Program-made: the position numbers and the translations under genes
The notes under the pieces: model-generated
The model's database searches: none
Told to the model about the DNA's origin: nothing
Seen by the model: only the letters and a program-made list of their open reading frames with translations
Assembly: GCA_963709585.1 (NCBI GenBank)
Contig: CAVPXI010000008.1
Coordinates: 32,001-96,000, forward strand
Source: Candidatus Dormiibacterota bacterium
GTDB lineage: Bacteria; Chloroflexota; Dormibacteria; Aeolococcales; Aeolococcaceae
Length of the DNA stretch: 64,000 nt
Direction of reading: 5' to 3'
Part shown: piece by piece, positions 19,854-29,552 of the stretch
Position numbering within the stretch: the first letter of the stretch is position 1
Layout of the letters: the number at the start of each line of letters is the position of its first letter

Positions 19854-20333
19854 ATGCCGGCCGACCTGGATCTGCTCTTCCCGGTGGGGAACCCCGACGA
19901 ACGCGAGTTGCTGCTGAGCTGGCTGGGGTGGCTGCGCGGTGCTGTGCTGCGAAAGATCGACGGCCTGAACGAGGTTGACGCTCGGTGGAGCCCAGACGGA
20001 GCGCTCATCTCGCTCCTCGGGATCGTCAACCATCTCACCCACGTCGAATGGCGGTGGATCGACGGCGCAATGCGTGGCATGGACACGTCCCGCCTCGAGG
20101 CGGAGTTCCGGCCAGGACCAGAGATCACCGTGGAGTCCACGGTTGCGGCGTACCGAGCACGCGCAGAGGCGACCGACGTATACGTGCGCTCGACGTCGCT
20201 CACGCAGCCGGCCAGAACCGGCGACGGAACGGATCTGCGCTGGGTCGTGCTGCATCTCATCAACGAGACGGCTCGCCACGCGGGCCACGCCGACGCGACG
20301 CGCGAACTGCTGGACGGACTGACCGGCGAATAA
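19854..20333 (+). CDS. DinB / DUF664 family protein
   Basis: SLLGIVNHLTHVE.RW and ETARHAGHAD motifs. Confidence 0.85.
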   Translation: MPADLDLLFPVGNPDERELLLSWLGWLRGAVLRKIDGLNEVDARWSPDGALISLLGIVNHLTHVEWRWIDGAMRGMDTSRLEAEFRPGPEITVESTVAAYRARAEATDVYVRSTSLTQPARTGDGTDLRWVVLHLINETARHAGHADATRELLDGLTGE

Positions 20334-20337
20334 CCTG

Positions 20338-21177
20338 TCAGCGGGCGCGCGGCGGACCGTCGCCGACGACGCTCATGACCCGGTCGGGCGGTTCGCCGGG
20401 TGGAAAGCCCTCGAGGATCCAGGTCACGCCGGATTCCTCGAGCTCGGAGACGATATCCGGTACGCGCGCCGGGTCTTCGAGCGACAACGCACAGCGCACC
20501 GCGATGTCGATGGTGGGTCGCGCGCCGAGGTCCATGAGCGCGCCACGAAGCTCGCGGATATCTGCGGGGTCAGGCGGAGGGATCGCGCCGTCTGTCCGAA
20601 AGATCGGGAAGCAACCTTGCAGACTCGCGATCCGTGCCAGCGGCTTGCGATTCGGCCACCGGCACGCTCCCCAGATGGGCAGCGGACTCTGGCGCGGCCT
20701 CGGGAGGAGCGGCGGCGAATGCACAACATAGTGCCGACCTGTGTAGCTCACCGGTTCGCCGGAGAGAAAGCGCTGCAGTAACCCGAGCGCCTCGTCGAGC
20801 ATCTGTCCACGAACGATGGGATCGACTGCGTCGCCGAACGCACTGAACTCGGACCACCCGTCATCGCCCAGCCCGATCCCGCCGATGAGACGGCCGTCGG
20901 ACAGGCGATCCAGGGTCGCCATCTGCCGGCTGAGTACCCACGGCCGCCGTCTCGGCAGCGGCGTCACGAGTGCCCCGAGCCGGATCCCGTTTGTGGCCGC
21001 CGCGACGCCCGCCATCGTCACCCAGGGATCGGCGATGGCCATGCCGGTCTCGGCGAGCATGTGGTCCCACAGGAAGAACCCATCCCAGCCGGCTTCCTCG
21101 GCTACGACGGCAAGCACCACCACAAGGTCTGGCTCGGCATATTCGGCGAAGGGTGGCAGGAAGACTCCGAAGCGCAC
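20338..21177 (-). CDS. LLM class flavin-dependent oxidoreductase
   Basis: AEEAGWDGFFLWDH, TPLPRRRP, TLDRLSDGR. Confidence 0.9.
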   Translation of the reverse strand: MRFGVFLPPFAEYAEPDLVVVLAVVAEEAGWDGFFLWDHMLAETGMAIADPWVTMAGVAAATNGIRLGALVTPLPRRRPWVLSRQMATLDRLSDGRLIGGIGLGDDGWSEFSAFGDAVDPIVRGQMLDEALGLLQRFLSGEPVSYTGRHYVVHSPPLLPRPRQSPLPIWGACRWPNRKPLARIASLQGCFPIFRTDGAIPPPDPADIRELRGALMDLGARPTIDIAVRCALSLEDPARVPDIVSELEESGVTWILEGFPPGEPPDRVMSVVGDGPPRAR

Positions 21178-21252
21178 CGCGCGATTATGGGAGCCGGCGG
21201 CAGGCGGACCGGAGCTCAGTCCATGAAGTTCGCTGCGGCGGCGCCGCGGGCG

Positions 21253-21432
21253 TCAGATGACGATCGCGATCTTGACGCCGAGCAGGATGAACGGCCAGAG
21301 GATCACGGCCAGGATGGCCGACAGGATCGCGCCGATGGTGCCGACGTGGTCGAAGAAATGGTGGGTCGCCGCCACGACGATTCCGATCACGATCCAGATC
21401 AGTGGTAGGAGGGAGACACTCGACCGTCTCAC
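21253..21432 (-). CDS. Small membrane protein (59 aa, absent from ORF track)
   Basis: Manual translation MRRSSVSLLPLIWIVIGIVVAATHHFFDHVGTIGAILSAILAVILWPFILLGVKIAIVI*; two hydrophobic helices and strong GC3 bias. Confidence 0.75.
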   Translation of the reverse strand: MRRSSVSLLPLIWIVIGIVVAATHHFFDHVGTIGAILSAILAVILWPFILLGVKIAIVI

Positions 21433-21586
21433 GCTTGCACCTCAGTCATGCGTCGCGTCGAGACGCGACGGCGATGGTCAGCGATCGTCCGCTTTGATAG
21501 CACGAGTATCACACAATGCACCAGCATATGTGGGTTGCTGGTGTCTCGCGGTCAGGACTTTTCAGCGCCGCCGATGCCGGGCGGGC

Positions 21587-22459
21587 CTACCAGTGCTCCA
21601 GGAGCCAGTCGTACACCTCGCCGAGATGCAGTGCCGTCAGGGTCAGGTGCCCGTCATCCTCGGTGAGCCGAGCCTCGACTCCAGGGACGTGCTCGGCAAG
21701 CCAGACGCCGTGACCGAATGGGACGAATCGATCCTGCTGCCCATGCAAGAGCAGCACCGGAATGTCGATGTCACTGAACGCGAAGCCCCAGGGCTCGAAT
21801 TCCGCGGCGCCGTCCTCCCACCAGCCCTCGCCACCGGGTCCAAGCCCAGCAGCCGCGCTGTCCACGAAATACTGGGCCAGCTGGGGCGTGAAGACAGCGG
21901 CGTCGGCATCGGAGACCAGGGTCCTGATGATGCCCCCGACCTGCTCGGCGGTGGCGCCGAGCATCGCCACGCGGTCATTCTCGAGCTTGATCCTCGCCGC
22001 CTTCTTGTCCTCGAGGTGGAGCCTGGTGTCGTCGGCGTTCATCTCGCCCATCCCGGCGAAATAGTCCAGGCCGTCGGCCCCCCAGGGCGCGGGCGAGGCG
22101 AGGGACGCCGCCGCAGGAACGATATCGGGCAGCAGTGCGGCGCACGCGAGCACATGCGGCCCACCGCCGGAGATGCCCCAGGTCAGCACCCGGTCGATAC
22201 CGAGCGCCGCGCAGATGGTGCGGACGTCAGCGGCACAGTCGCCGACGGTACGTCCCGGCTGGGCTGTCGAACCACCATAACCGGGACGGTCGTAGGTGAT
22301 CATGCGTACACCGTGCTCGGCAGCCGCGTCCACGTCAGGGCCGTACTGCAGCCTCGAATTCGGGGTGCCGTAGTGCACGAGGACGGGAACACCGTCAGCG
22401 TCGCCGCCTTCGGAGACGGCCAGCTTCCGTCCGTCCGGCGCATCGATCACATGCTCCAT
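21587..22459 (-). CDS. Alpha/beta hydrolase
   Basis: YDRPGYGGS, GISGGGP, LLHGQQD, GHLT. Confidence 0.88.
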   Translation of the reverse strand: MEHVIDAPDGRKLAVSEGGDADGVPVLVHYGTPNSRLQYGPDVDAAAEHGVRMITYDRPGYGGSTAQPGRTVGDCAADVRTICAALGIDRVLTWGISGGGPHVLACAALLPDIVPAAASLASPAPWGADGLDYFAGMGEMNADDTRLHLEDKKAARIKLENDRVAMLGATAEQVGGIIRTLVSDADAAVFTPQLAQYFVDSAAAGLGPGGEGWWEDGAAEFEPWGFAFSDIDIPVLLLHGQQDRFVPFGHGVWLAEHVPGVEARLTEDDGHLTLTALHLGEVYDWLLEHW

Positions 22460-22571
22460 TGACATCCACCTCGTTGCACTGGAAAGAGCCGCAGCGTACC
22501 CGGCGCGTGATCGCGCTCGCTCGCATCTGTCCGCGGAATGGCGCAACTCAGCGTCGATGTATGCTCCGGCG

Positions 22572-23285
22572 ATGCTGAACTCCCGTGAGGAACACATCCG
22601 TGGCGAGGACGGCCACGAATTCACTGGCTATCTCTCCCTCCCGGCGACCGGAACGGGTGCCGGCATGGTGGTGGTGCAGGAGATCTTCGGAGTCACCGAT
22701 TACATCAAGGACGTCTGCGCGCGTCTCAGTGACCTCGGGTACGTTGCCCTCGCGCCCGACCTGTACTCGAGGATCGACGGTGAATCGGTCATCGACGAGC
22801 GCTCGGACAACTCGCTGCCGCGCGCGTTCGCTTCGATGCAGAAGCTGGACATGGCGCAGGCCGCGCGCGACTCGGCCACGGCTCTCGAACATCTGCGCAC
22901 GGTGCCTGAGGTGAGGGAACGACGCGCCGGCATCATCGGGTTCTGTCTCGGCGGCGGCATGGCGTATCTCGTCGCTGCGGCGTCAGACCCCGACGTGGCC
23001 GTCTGCTACTACGGCTCCGCGATTCCCGGCAATCTCGACAAGGCGCCCGACGTCCATTGCCCGGTGCTCTTCCAGTTCGGTGATGCCGATGAGTACATCA
23101 CCGCCGAGCAGCGTTCGGCAGTGGAGAAGGCATTCGAGGGACGGCCGCACACCGAGTTCCATCTCCATCAAGGGCCTAACCACGCGTTTGACAATCACCA
23201 TGCGGCGATGTTCCATCACGCGGAAGCGGCAGCAGCAGCCTGGAAGCAGACCGCCGCTTTCCTGGCACGCGAGTTTCCGGCGTAG
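22572..23285 (+). CDS. Dienelactone hydrolase family protein
   Basis: QEIFG, GFCLGG, HAFDN. Confidence 0.92.
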   Translation: MLNSREEHIRGEDGHEFTGYLSLPATGTGAGMVVVQEIFGVTDYIKDVCARLSDLGYVALAPDLYSRIDGESVIDERSDNSLPRAFASMQKLDMAQAARDSATALEHLRTVPEVRERRAGIIGFCLGGGMAYLVAAASDPDVAVCYYGSAIPGNLDKAPDVHCPVLFQFGDADEYITAEQRSAVEKAFEGRPHTEFHLHQGPNHAFDNHHAAMFHHAEAAAAAWKQTAAFLAREFPA

Positions 23286-23297
23286 CCGGCAAGAACC

Positions 23298-24284
23298 TCA
23301 GACCACCTCGATCACGTGTCGACCGCGAGGTACCAGCTCGCCGATGATCGGTGATCCCGCAACCTCGCAGGCGACGAGCAGGCCACCGCTCGTCTGCGCG
23401 TCGGCGAGCAGGAGGCGCTCGCGTTCATCGCCGGCCGCGCGACCGCCCCACTTGACATGCGGCGCGACCCACTCGAGGTTGCGGCGGGTGCCACCGCTCA
23501 CGTACCCGGCGTCGAGCGCATCGCGTGCGCCCTCGAGGTAGGGCACGGCGTCGGCGTTGATCACGGCGGTGAGGTTGCTCGCCCGCGCCAGCTTGAACAG
23601 GTGACCGAGAAGACCGAACCCGGTGACGTCGGTAGCGCAGCGCGCGCCCGCCGCGAGCGCCGCCTCGGAGGCACCGCGATTGAGCTCGACCATGGTCTCG
23701 ACCGCTTGTGGAAAAACCTCCCCGGTCTGCTTGTGCCGGCTGTTGAGCACCCCGATACCGAGCGGTTTGCTGAGCGAGAGCGGTTGCCCGGCGACCCCGG
23801 CGTCGGTACGGAGCAGCCGGTCCGAAGGCGCTACTCCGGTGACCGCCATACCATATTTCGGCTCGGGGTCGTCGACGCTGTGACCACCAGCCACGGGGCA
23901 TCCGGCCTCGGTTGCGACCGCGAGGCCGCCGCGCAGGACGTCGGCAGCGAGGGTCATGGGCAGGAGGTCGCGCGGCCAGCACACCAGGTTCACGGCGAGG
24001 ATGGGCCTCCCACCCATCGCATAGATATCTGAGAACGCGTTGGCGGCGGCGATGCGACCCCAGTCGTAGGCATCGTCGACGACCGGGGTGAAGAAGTCCA
24101 CGGTGCTGAGCACGGCGATTCCATTGCCGTCCAGGCGGACCGCGGCCGCGTCATCGCCGTGCTCGAGGCCGACGAGCAGCGTCTCGCTGGGCACGCCGAT
24201 CAGCCCCGCGACCATCTCCTCCAACTCCCCTGGCGGGATCTTGCAGGCACAGCCGCCGCCGTGCGCGTATGCGGTCAGACGCAT
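23298..24284 (-). CDS. selD: Selenide, water dikinase (Cys form)
   Basis: GGGCACKI, DDAAAV, DFFTPVVDD, TDVTGFGLLGH, DAQTSGGLL. Confidence 0.96.
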   Translation of the reverse strand: MRLTAYAHGGGCACKIPPGELEEMVAGLIGVPSETLLVGLEHGDDAAAVRLDGNGIAVLSTVDFFTPVVDDAYDWGRIAAANAFSDIYAMGGRPILAVNLVCWPRDLLPMTLAADVLRGGLAVATEAGCPVAGGHSVDDPEPKYGMAVTGVAPSDRLLRTDAGVAGQPLSLSKPLGIGVLNSRHKQTGEVFPQAVETMVELNRGASEAALAAGARCATDVTGFGLLGHLFKLARASNLTAVINADAVPYLEGARDALDAGYVSGGTRRNLEWVAPHVKWGGRAAGDERERLLLADAQTSGGLLVACEVAGSPIIGELVPRGRHVIEVV

Positions 24285-24339
24285 GCCACGATGTTCGCAG
24301 GTTGACGGCCGAGCCCCACTGTCGCCTACGCTTGTTGAC

Positions 24340-24432
24340 GGAGGCGTCTGGGCACCTGGTGGGCTTCCTGATCTTCAAAATCAGTGTGACCGAGTATCCC
24401 GGTCAAGCGGGTTCGATTCCCGTCCGCCTCCG
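24340..24432 (+). tRNA. selC: tRNA-Sec (anticodon UCA)
   Basis: GGAGGCG/CGCCTCC acceptor stem, anticodon arm CTGAT-CTTCAAA-ATCAG, long variable arm, T arm GCGGG-TTCGATT-CCCGT, G discriminator; lies between selD and selA. Confidence 0.95.
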
Positions 24433-24479
24433 CCGATTCGGTGGTCTGCAGCCGGCCGTTGCACGTGAGGTCATCGCGC

Positions 24480-25763
24480 TTGGACACGGATCCGCGCCGG
24501 GCGATCCCGCAGACGGACTCGGTGCTCGCCAACTCGCGTCTCGCCGAGCCGCAACGCCGCCTCGGTCGCACCCGCGTGCGTGACACCGTGCGCATGTCCC
24601 AGGAACGCGTGCGCGATGGACTGGTGCCGCCCGAGCGGCTGATCGACGATGTCCTCCGCGGCCTGCCGGCTCGGGCAACGAGCCTGCAGCCGGTCATCAA
24701 CGCCACCGGGACCGTGCTGCATACGAACCTGGGGCGGGCTCCCCTCTCCGATGCCGCGCGCGACGCACTCCTCGCCGCCGCTGGGTACGTGGATGTCGAA
24801 TACGACCTCGTCGACGGGAAGCGCGCGCCGCGTGGACGCGGCACCCTGACCACACTCCGCGCGGCGCTGCCGGACGCGGGCGATGTCATGGTGGTGAACA
24901 ACGGAGCCGCGGCGCTGCTGCTCGCGGTGACCGTGCTTGCGGCCGGCCGCGAGGTCGTCTGGAGTCGTGGTGAGCTCGTCGAGATCGGTGACGGGTTTCG
25001 ACTCCCCGACCTCGTCGCATGTACCGGCGCGACGCTGCGCGAGGTGGGGACGACCAACCGCACCACCCGCGCCGACTACGTGGCCGCGCTCGGGGACCGC
25101 ACCGGGTGTGTGCTCAAGGTGCACACGTCCAATTTCCGGATGACCGGGTTCACCTCGTCGGTAGCGATCGGCGAGCTCACCGGACTTGGCCCTCCTCTGG
25201 TGGTGGACGTCGGGTCGGGTCTGCTCGCGCCCGACCGTCTGCTGCCTGACGAGCCAGACGTCGGCGGCGCCCTGCGCGCAGGCGCGGACGTCGTGACCGC
25301 GAGCGGCGACAAGCTGCTCGGCGGGCCGCAGGCGGGGCTCATCGCCGGCAGAGCTGACCTCATCGCCGGGTTCCGGCGGCATCCGCTCGCCCGCGCGCTT
25401 CGGGTCGACAAGCTGACCCTGGCGGCGCTCGAGGCGACGCTGAGCGGCCCTCGGCCACCGACCGTGATGGCGCTGCATGCCGATCCGAACCTGTTGCGCT
25501 CGCGCGCCGAGGCGATCGTCGCCCGGCTGGGCGGCGACGCCGGTGTCGTTCCGAGTGCGGGGACGGTCGGCGGGGGCAGCGGACCCGGTATCTCGTTGCC
25601 CGGCTGGGCCGTGAGCCTTCCTGAGCGTTATGCCCCGCGACTGCGCGCCGGTGACCCCGTGGTGGTAGCCCGGCTCGAGGGCGGCCGATGCCTTCTCGAT
25701 CTTCGCTGCATACCACCGGCGTCCGACGACGCCCTGGTTGAGGCGGTGCTCGCGTGCAGGTGA
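24480..25763 (+). CDS. selA: L-seryl-tRNA(Sec) selenium transferase
   Basis: VINATGTVLHTNLGRA, EVGTTNRT, SGDKLLGGPQAG. Confidence 0.96.
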   Translation: MDTDPRRAIPQTDSVLANSRLAEPQRRLGRTRVRDTVRMSQERVRDGLVPPERLIDDVLRGLPARATSLQPVINATGTVLHTNLGRAPLSDAARDALLAAAGYVDVEYDLVDGKRAPRGRGTLTTLRAALPDAGDVMVVNNGAAALLLAVTVLAAGREVVWSRGELVEIGDGFRLPDLVACTGATLREVGTTNRTTRADYVAALGDRTGCVLKVHTSNFRMTGFTSSVAIGELTGLGPPLVVDVGSGLLAPDRLLPDEPDVGGALRAGADVVTASGDKLLGGPQAGLIAGRADLIAGFRRHPLARALRVDKLTLAALEATLSGPRPPTVMALHADPNLLRSRAEAIVARLGGDAGVVPSAGTVGGGSGPGISLPGWAVSLPERYAPRLRAGDPVVVARLEGGRCLLDLRCIPPASDDALVEAVLACR

Positions 25764-27610
25764 TCGCGACCGCGGGGCACGTCGACCATGGGAAGTCGAC
25801 GCTGGTGCGGGCGCTGACCGGGATGGAGCCCGACCGGTGGGCCGAGGAGCGCCGCCGCGGCATGACGATCGACCTTGGTTATGCGTGGACCACGCTGCCC
25901 TCGGGACAGGAGATGGCGTTCGTCGACGTTCCCGGCCACGAGCGCTTCACGACCAACATGCTCGCCGGGGTGGGCCCGGTCCCCGCGGTGTTGCTGGTCA
26001 TCGCCGCCGACGAGGGCTGGTGCGCGCAGACCGACGAGCACGTGAGAGCGCTCGACGCACTCGGGGTCCGTCACGGCGTCGTGGCTGTGACCCGCTGCGA
26101 CCTGGCCGATCCCAGCCCGGCGATCGAGCAGGCGGCCGAACTCCTTGCCGCCACGACGCTGGCGGGCATCCCGGCGGTGAGCGTCTCCGGTCAGACCGGG
26201 GCCGGCTTGGCGGCTCTCCGAGCCGCGCTTGACGTGCTCGCGAGCGAGCTGCCCCTGCCCGACCCCGAGGCGCGAATCCGTCTCTGGGTGGACCGCTCGT
26301 TCACCGTCCGGGGGAGCGGCACCGTGGTCACCGGAACGCTCGCGGCCGGAACCCTGCGCCGGGGCGACCTCCTCGAACTTCACAACTCCACGGTGTTCGT
26401 GAGAGCCCTCCAGCAACTCGGGCACCCGATGGACCACGTGACCGCGCCCGCTCGCGTTGCTGTGAACCTCCGCGGCGTTGCCCGTGAGGACGTCCGGCGC
26501 GGCGACGCGCTGCTGACACCCGGAGTGTGGCGGCGGACCAACGTGGTGGATGCCCGTGTCGAGGGCGGGGATCTCCCGAGCCATGTCGTGCTCCACGTGG
26601 GGGCGGCCGCCGTGCCCGCCAGAGTCCGCAGGCTGGACGCGCTCACCCCGGCCGGCTCATTGCGGGGCTTGTCGCCGAACTCGTCGCCTGACTCTTGGCC
26701 GGGCTCTAGCCGGAACTCGTGCGTCGTGCGGCTGATGCTCGACGCGGCGCTGCCGCTTCAGGTTGGTGACCGCGTGCTGCTCAGGGATCCAGGTCGCCGT
26801 CAGATCATCGGCGGCGCGACGGTGCTCGACCCGGCGCCACCTGCGCTGCGGCGGCGCGGCGCCGCCAAGGCCCGCGCCGCGTCGCTTGCCGAGGACCGCG
26901 GCACTCCGGACGCCGGTGCGGAACTGGCCCGCCGCGGCGCCGTCAGCCGCTCGTTTTTGCGCGAGATCGGCGTCCCAGTCGGTGACACGCCGCCGCCCGG
27001 GGTGATTTCGTCCGGGTCGTGGCTTGTCACCGAGCCACTCTGGGAGCAATGGCGACGCAGGCTCCGCGGTGCCGTCGAGCGCCGACCTGGCTTGCTGCTC
27101 GACGCCGGTGTGAGTCATGCGGATCTCGCGCGCGCCCTCAAACTCGAGGAGCCGCACCTCCTGACCGCGCTGCTGGATTCGTGCCCCGAGCTCGAGGACG
27201 TCGGTGGCCGGGTCCGCCCACGTGGCACCGCGCCGGCACTCCGTCAGGACGTGGGAGATGCGGTGTCGCGTCTCGTCATGTCGCTCCTCGCCGAGCCTTT
27301 CGCGGCGCCGGACCAGCAGCGGATCGCCGCTCTCGGGCTGGGACGGCGCGAACTCGGCGCGGCGGCTGCGGCGCGAGCCATCCTGCTGTTGCCCGGAGAC
27401 ATCGCGTTGCTTCCCAGCGCGCCGGACGTCGCCGCCGAACGCCTCCGCGAATTGCCGCAGCCATTCACGCTCTCGGCGGCGCGCCAGGCGCTCGGCACAA
27501 CCCGTCGCGTTGCGGTCCCGCTTCTCGAGTATCTCGACCGAATCGGCGTCACCGAGCGAATGGACGGGGACCTGCGCCGGTTGCGCGTGCCCGCGGCGGT
27601 CGGCGCCTAA
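25754..27610 (+). CDS. selB: Selenocysteine-specific elongation factor
   Basis: TAGHVDHGKS, RGMTIDLG, DVPGHE; C-terminal WH TTRRVAVPLLEYLD. Confidence 0.95.
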   Translation: MQVIATAGHVDHGKSTLVRALTGMEPDRWAEERRRGMTIDLGYAWTTLPSGQEMAFVDVPGHERFTTNMLAGVGPVPAVLLVIAADEGWCAQTDEHVRALDALGVRHGVVAVTRCDLADPSPAIEQAAELLAATTLAGIPAVSVSGQTGAGLAALRAALDVLASELPLPDPEARIRLWVDRSFTVRGSGTVVTGTLAAGTLRRGDLLELHNSTVFVRALQQLGHPMDHVTAPARVAVNLRGVAREDVRRGDALLTPGVWRRTNVVDARVEGGDLPSHVVLHVGAAAVPARVRRLDALTPAGSLRGLSPNSSPDSWPGSSRNSCVVRLMLDAALPLQVGDRVLLRDPGRRQIIGGATVLDPAPPALRRRGAAKARAASLAEDRGTPDAGAELARRGAVSRSFLREIGVPVGDTPPPGVISSGSWLVTEPLWEQWRRRLRGAVERRPGLLLDAGVSHADLARALKLEEPHLLTALLDSCPELEDVGGRVRPRGTAPALRQDVGDAVSRLVMSLLAEPFAAPDQQRIAALGLGRRELGAAAAARAILLLPGDIALLPSAPDVAAERLRELPQPFTLSAARQALGTTRRVAVPLLEYLDRIGVTERMDGDLRRLRVPAAVGA

Positions 27611-28641
27611 GGGCGCCGGACGCCGCCGTCCGTGATTTCATTCAGACGCTGACGTTGCGGCACCACGGTGTAACGGGGGTCGCGCGCCAACTCCTGCCCG
27701 GCTTCGAAGATGGCGAAGCGGGTACAGGCCGCACCAGCGAGGAGCGCCGCACCCGAGACTCGCGCGGCTCGCTGATGACGGCCGAGGATGACCGCTCCCA
27801 GGGCCCCGCCGATCGTGAGCGCACGGCTCGCGTCGAGAAGCCGTTTGGCCGTCCCGTGGCGAAGCGTCTCGGCGCTGAGGCCCATGTTCCGCACCATCTG
27901 CGCCTCCATGGCGAGCGCCATCGCCGCCCCGCCCACGCCCATACGGCGCGCCGGCGCCGCCTGCTCGACACAGGTGCCGAGCATGGCGAAACCTCCCGCG
28001 GATGCTGCCGCGGACGCCACGAACACGAAGGGGAGCTCACCACGGGCGGCGTGCCAGCCCGGGGTCGCCGTGTTGGAGAGGAGGACTCCGGTGTACGAGG
28101 CAAGCGCAGGCGCAAGCATGGCCGCGATCAGTCCCGCGGGCCGCGCGCCCAGAGTGAGAAGCCGGCCGGCGATCGGGACCCGGCGCGGCAGCATCTCGGC
28201 CACCTCCGCCGCTCCGGCCAGGCTCGCCAGCGGAGCGTACGTTGCGAGCACCCACGTGCCCATCGACATCGGCGACGTGGGTTTTGCCGTTCGCAACATG
28301 TTCAGAAACCGCGTTGGTTTGCCGAGATCGTGGATCAGAGCGGCGGTACCGGCTGCGGCGCCGGCGACCGCGCCGATGCGCGCCACCCGGCGCAACTCCG
28401 GCAGATTCCCGAGGTCAGCGCCGGCCGCGAGCAGGGACGACCCGGCCGCCAGCCCACCGAAAAAGAGGTACGCGGGGATGTCGGCCTTCCACGGCGAGGC
28501 CTTCACCACCGGGCGTCCGTAGTAGGAGGTGAAGGTCGCCGGCGGGACCATCAGCCGCTCGCCGCCGCGACCGCCACCGCCCCGGCGCCGGCGTCGGGGC
28601 GCGGTGTCCGCCGGGTGCGTCGCCCGCGCCTCCACGGTCAC
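27607..28641 (-). CDS. NrfD/PsrC family membrane anchor subunit
   Basis: SYYGRPVVK, YLFFGGLAAG, DLGKP.RFLNM, TSPMS.G.W. Confidence 0.88.
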   Translation of the reverse strand: MTVEARATHPADTAPRRRRRGGGGRGGERLMVPPATFTSYYGRPVVKASPWKADIPAYLFFGGLAAGSSLLAAGADLGNLPELRRVARIGAVAGAAAGTAALIHDLGKPTRFLNMLRTAKPTSPMSMGTWVLATYAPLASLAGAAEVAEMLPRRVPIAGRLLTLGARPAGLIAAMLAPALASYTGVLLSNTATPGWHAARGELPFVFVASAAASAGGFAMLGTCVEQAAPARRMGVGGAAMALAMEAQMVRNMGLSAETLRHGTAKRLLDASRALTIGGALGAVILGRHQRAARVSGAALLAGAACTRFAIFEAGQELARDPRYTVVPQRQRLNEITDGGVRRP

Positions 28642-29552
28642 GAGCGGGCCCGGACAAATGCCGCCGCCGCACCGGCGAGCAGAGTCACACCCGCGATCGC
28701 GGATGTCCGCCACATCGCCGGGAGGTCCCGGGTGGTGACCACCGGATCGGGCGGCAACCCATAGACCTCGGGCTCGTCCAGGAGCAGGAAGAACGCTCCA
28801 GCTCCGCCGATACCATCATTCGGGTCCGCGCCGTAGAGCCTGGCGTCGGCGACGCCCGCGGCGTGCAGCTTCCCGACGCGGTGCTGGGCGCGGACTCGCA
28901 GCTCGTCGAGGTCGCCGTACTGGATCGACTGTGTCGGGCACGCCTGCGCACACGCCGGAGTCATGCCCTCGCCAAGGCGGCCGTAGCAGAGCGTGCACTT
29001 CTGCGCGATGCCGACGTTCCTTGCGCCGGCCGGGCCTTCGCGGCGGTCGATGACACCGAAGGGACAAGCCGGAACGCAATACCCGCAGCCGTTGCAGATG
29101 TCGTCCTGGATGACCACAGTCCCGAACTCGGTGCGCGTCAACGATCCGGTCGGGCAGACGTCGAGACACGCGGCGTGCGTGCAGTGCTTGCAGACGTCCG
29201 ACGACATCAGCCACCGGATGCCGGCCTCCACTCCCACCGGAGCTGCGTTCTGGCCAGGTGTGGCGGCAACCACGGGGAGCGGCGTGAAGCCGGTCGCGTC
29301 CGCCGGGCGGCGCGGCTGTTCGATGAAGGCAACGTGGCGCCAGGTGCTGGCACCGAGTGCCCCGGTGTTGTCGTAGGACATCCCGAGCATCTGCAGTCCG
29401 TCCTCGGGGATGCCGTTCCACTCCTTGCACGCCACCTCGCACGCCTTGCAGCCGATGCAGATGGAACTGTCCGTGAAAAACCCCTTGCGCGGCGGGGCAT
29501 CGGTCCAGCCCGCGGCCAGGGCCGGGTCGGGCGCGCTCGACCATCGCTCCAT
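28638..29552 (-). CDS. Formate dehydrogenase iron-sulfur (beta) subunit
   Basis: CIGCKACEVAC, CKHCTHAACLDVCP, CNGCGYCVPACP, KCTLC...PACAQACP; TGATG coupling to the alpha gene. Confidence 0.92.
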   Translation of the reverse strand: MERWSSAPDPALAAGWTDAPPRKGFFTDSSICIGCKACEVACKEWNGIPEDGLQMLGMSYDNTGALGASTWRHVAFIEQPRRPADATGFTPLPVVAATPGQNAAPVGVEAGIRWLMSSDVCKHCTHAACLDVCPTGSLTRTEFGTVVIQDDICNGCGYCVPACPFGVIDRREGPAGARNVGIAQKCTLCYGRLGEGMTPACAQACPTQSIQYGDLDELRVRAQHRVGKLHAAGVADARLYGADPNDGIGGAGAFFLLLDEPEVYGLPPDPVVTTRDLPAMWRTSAIAGVTLLAGAAAAFVRARS

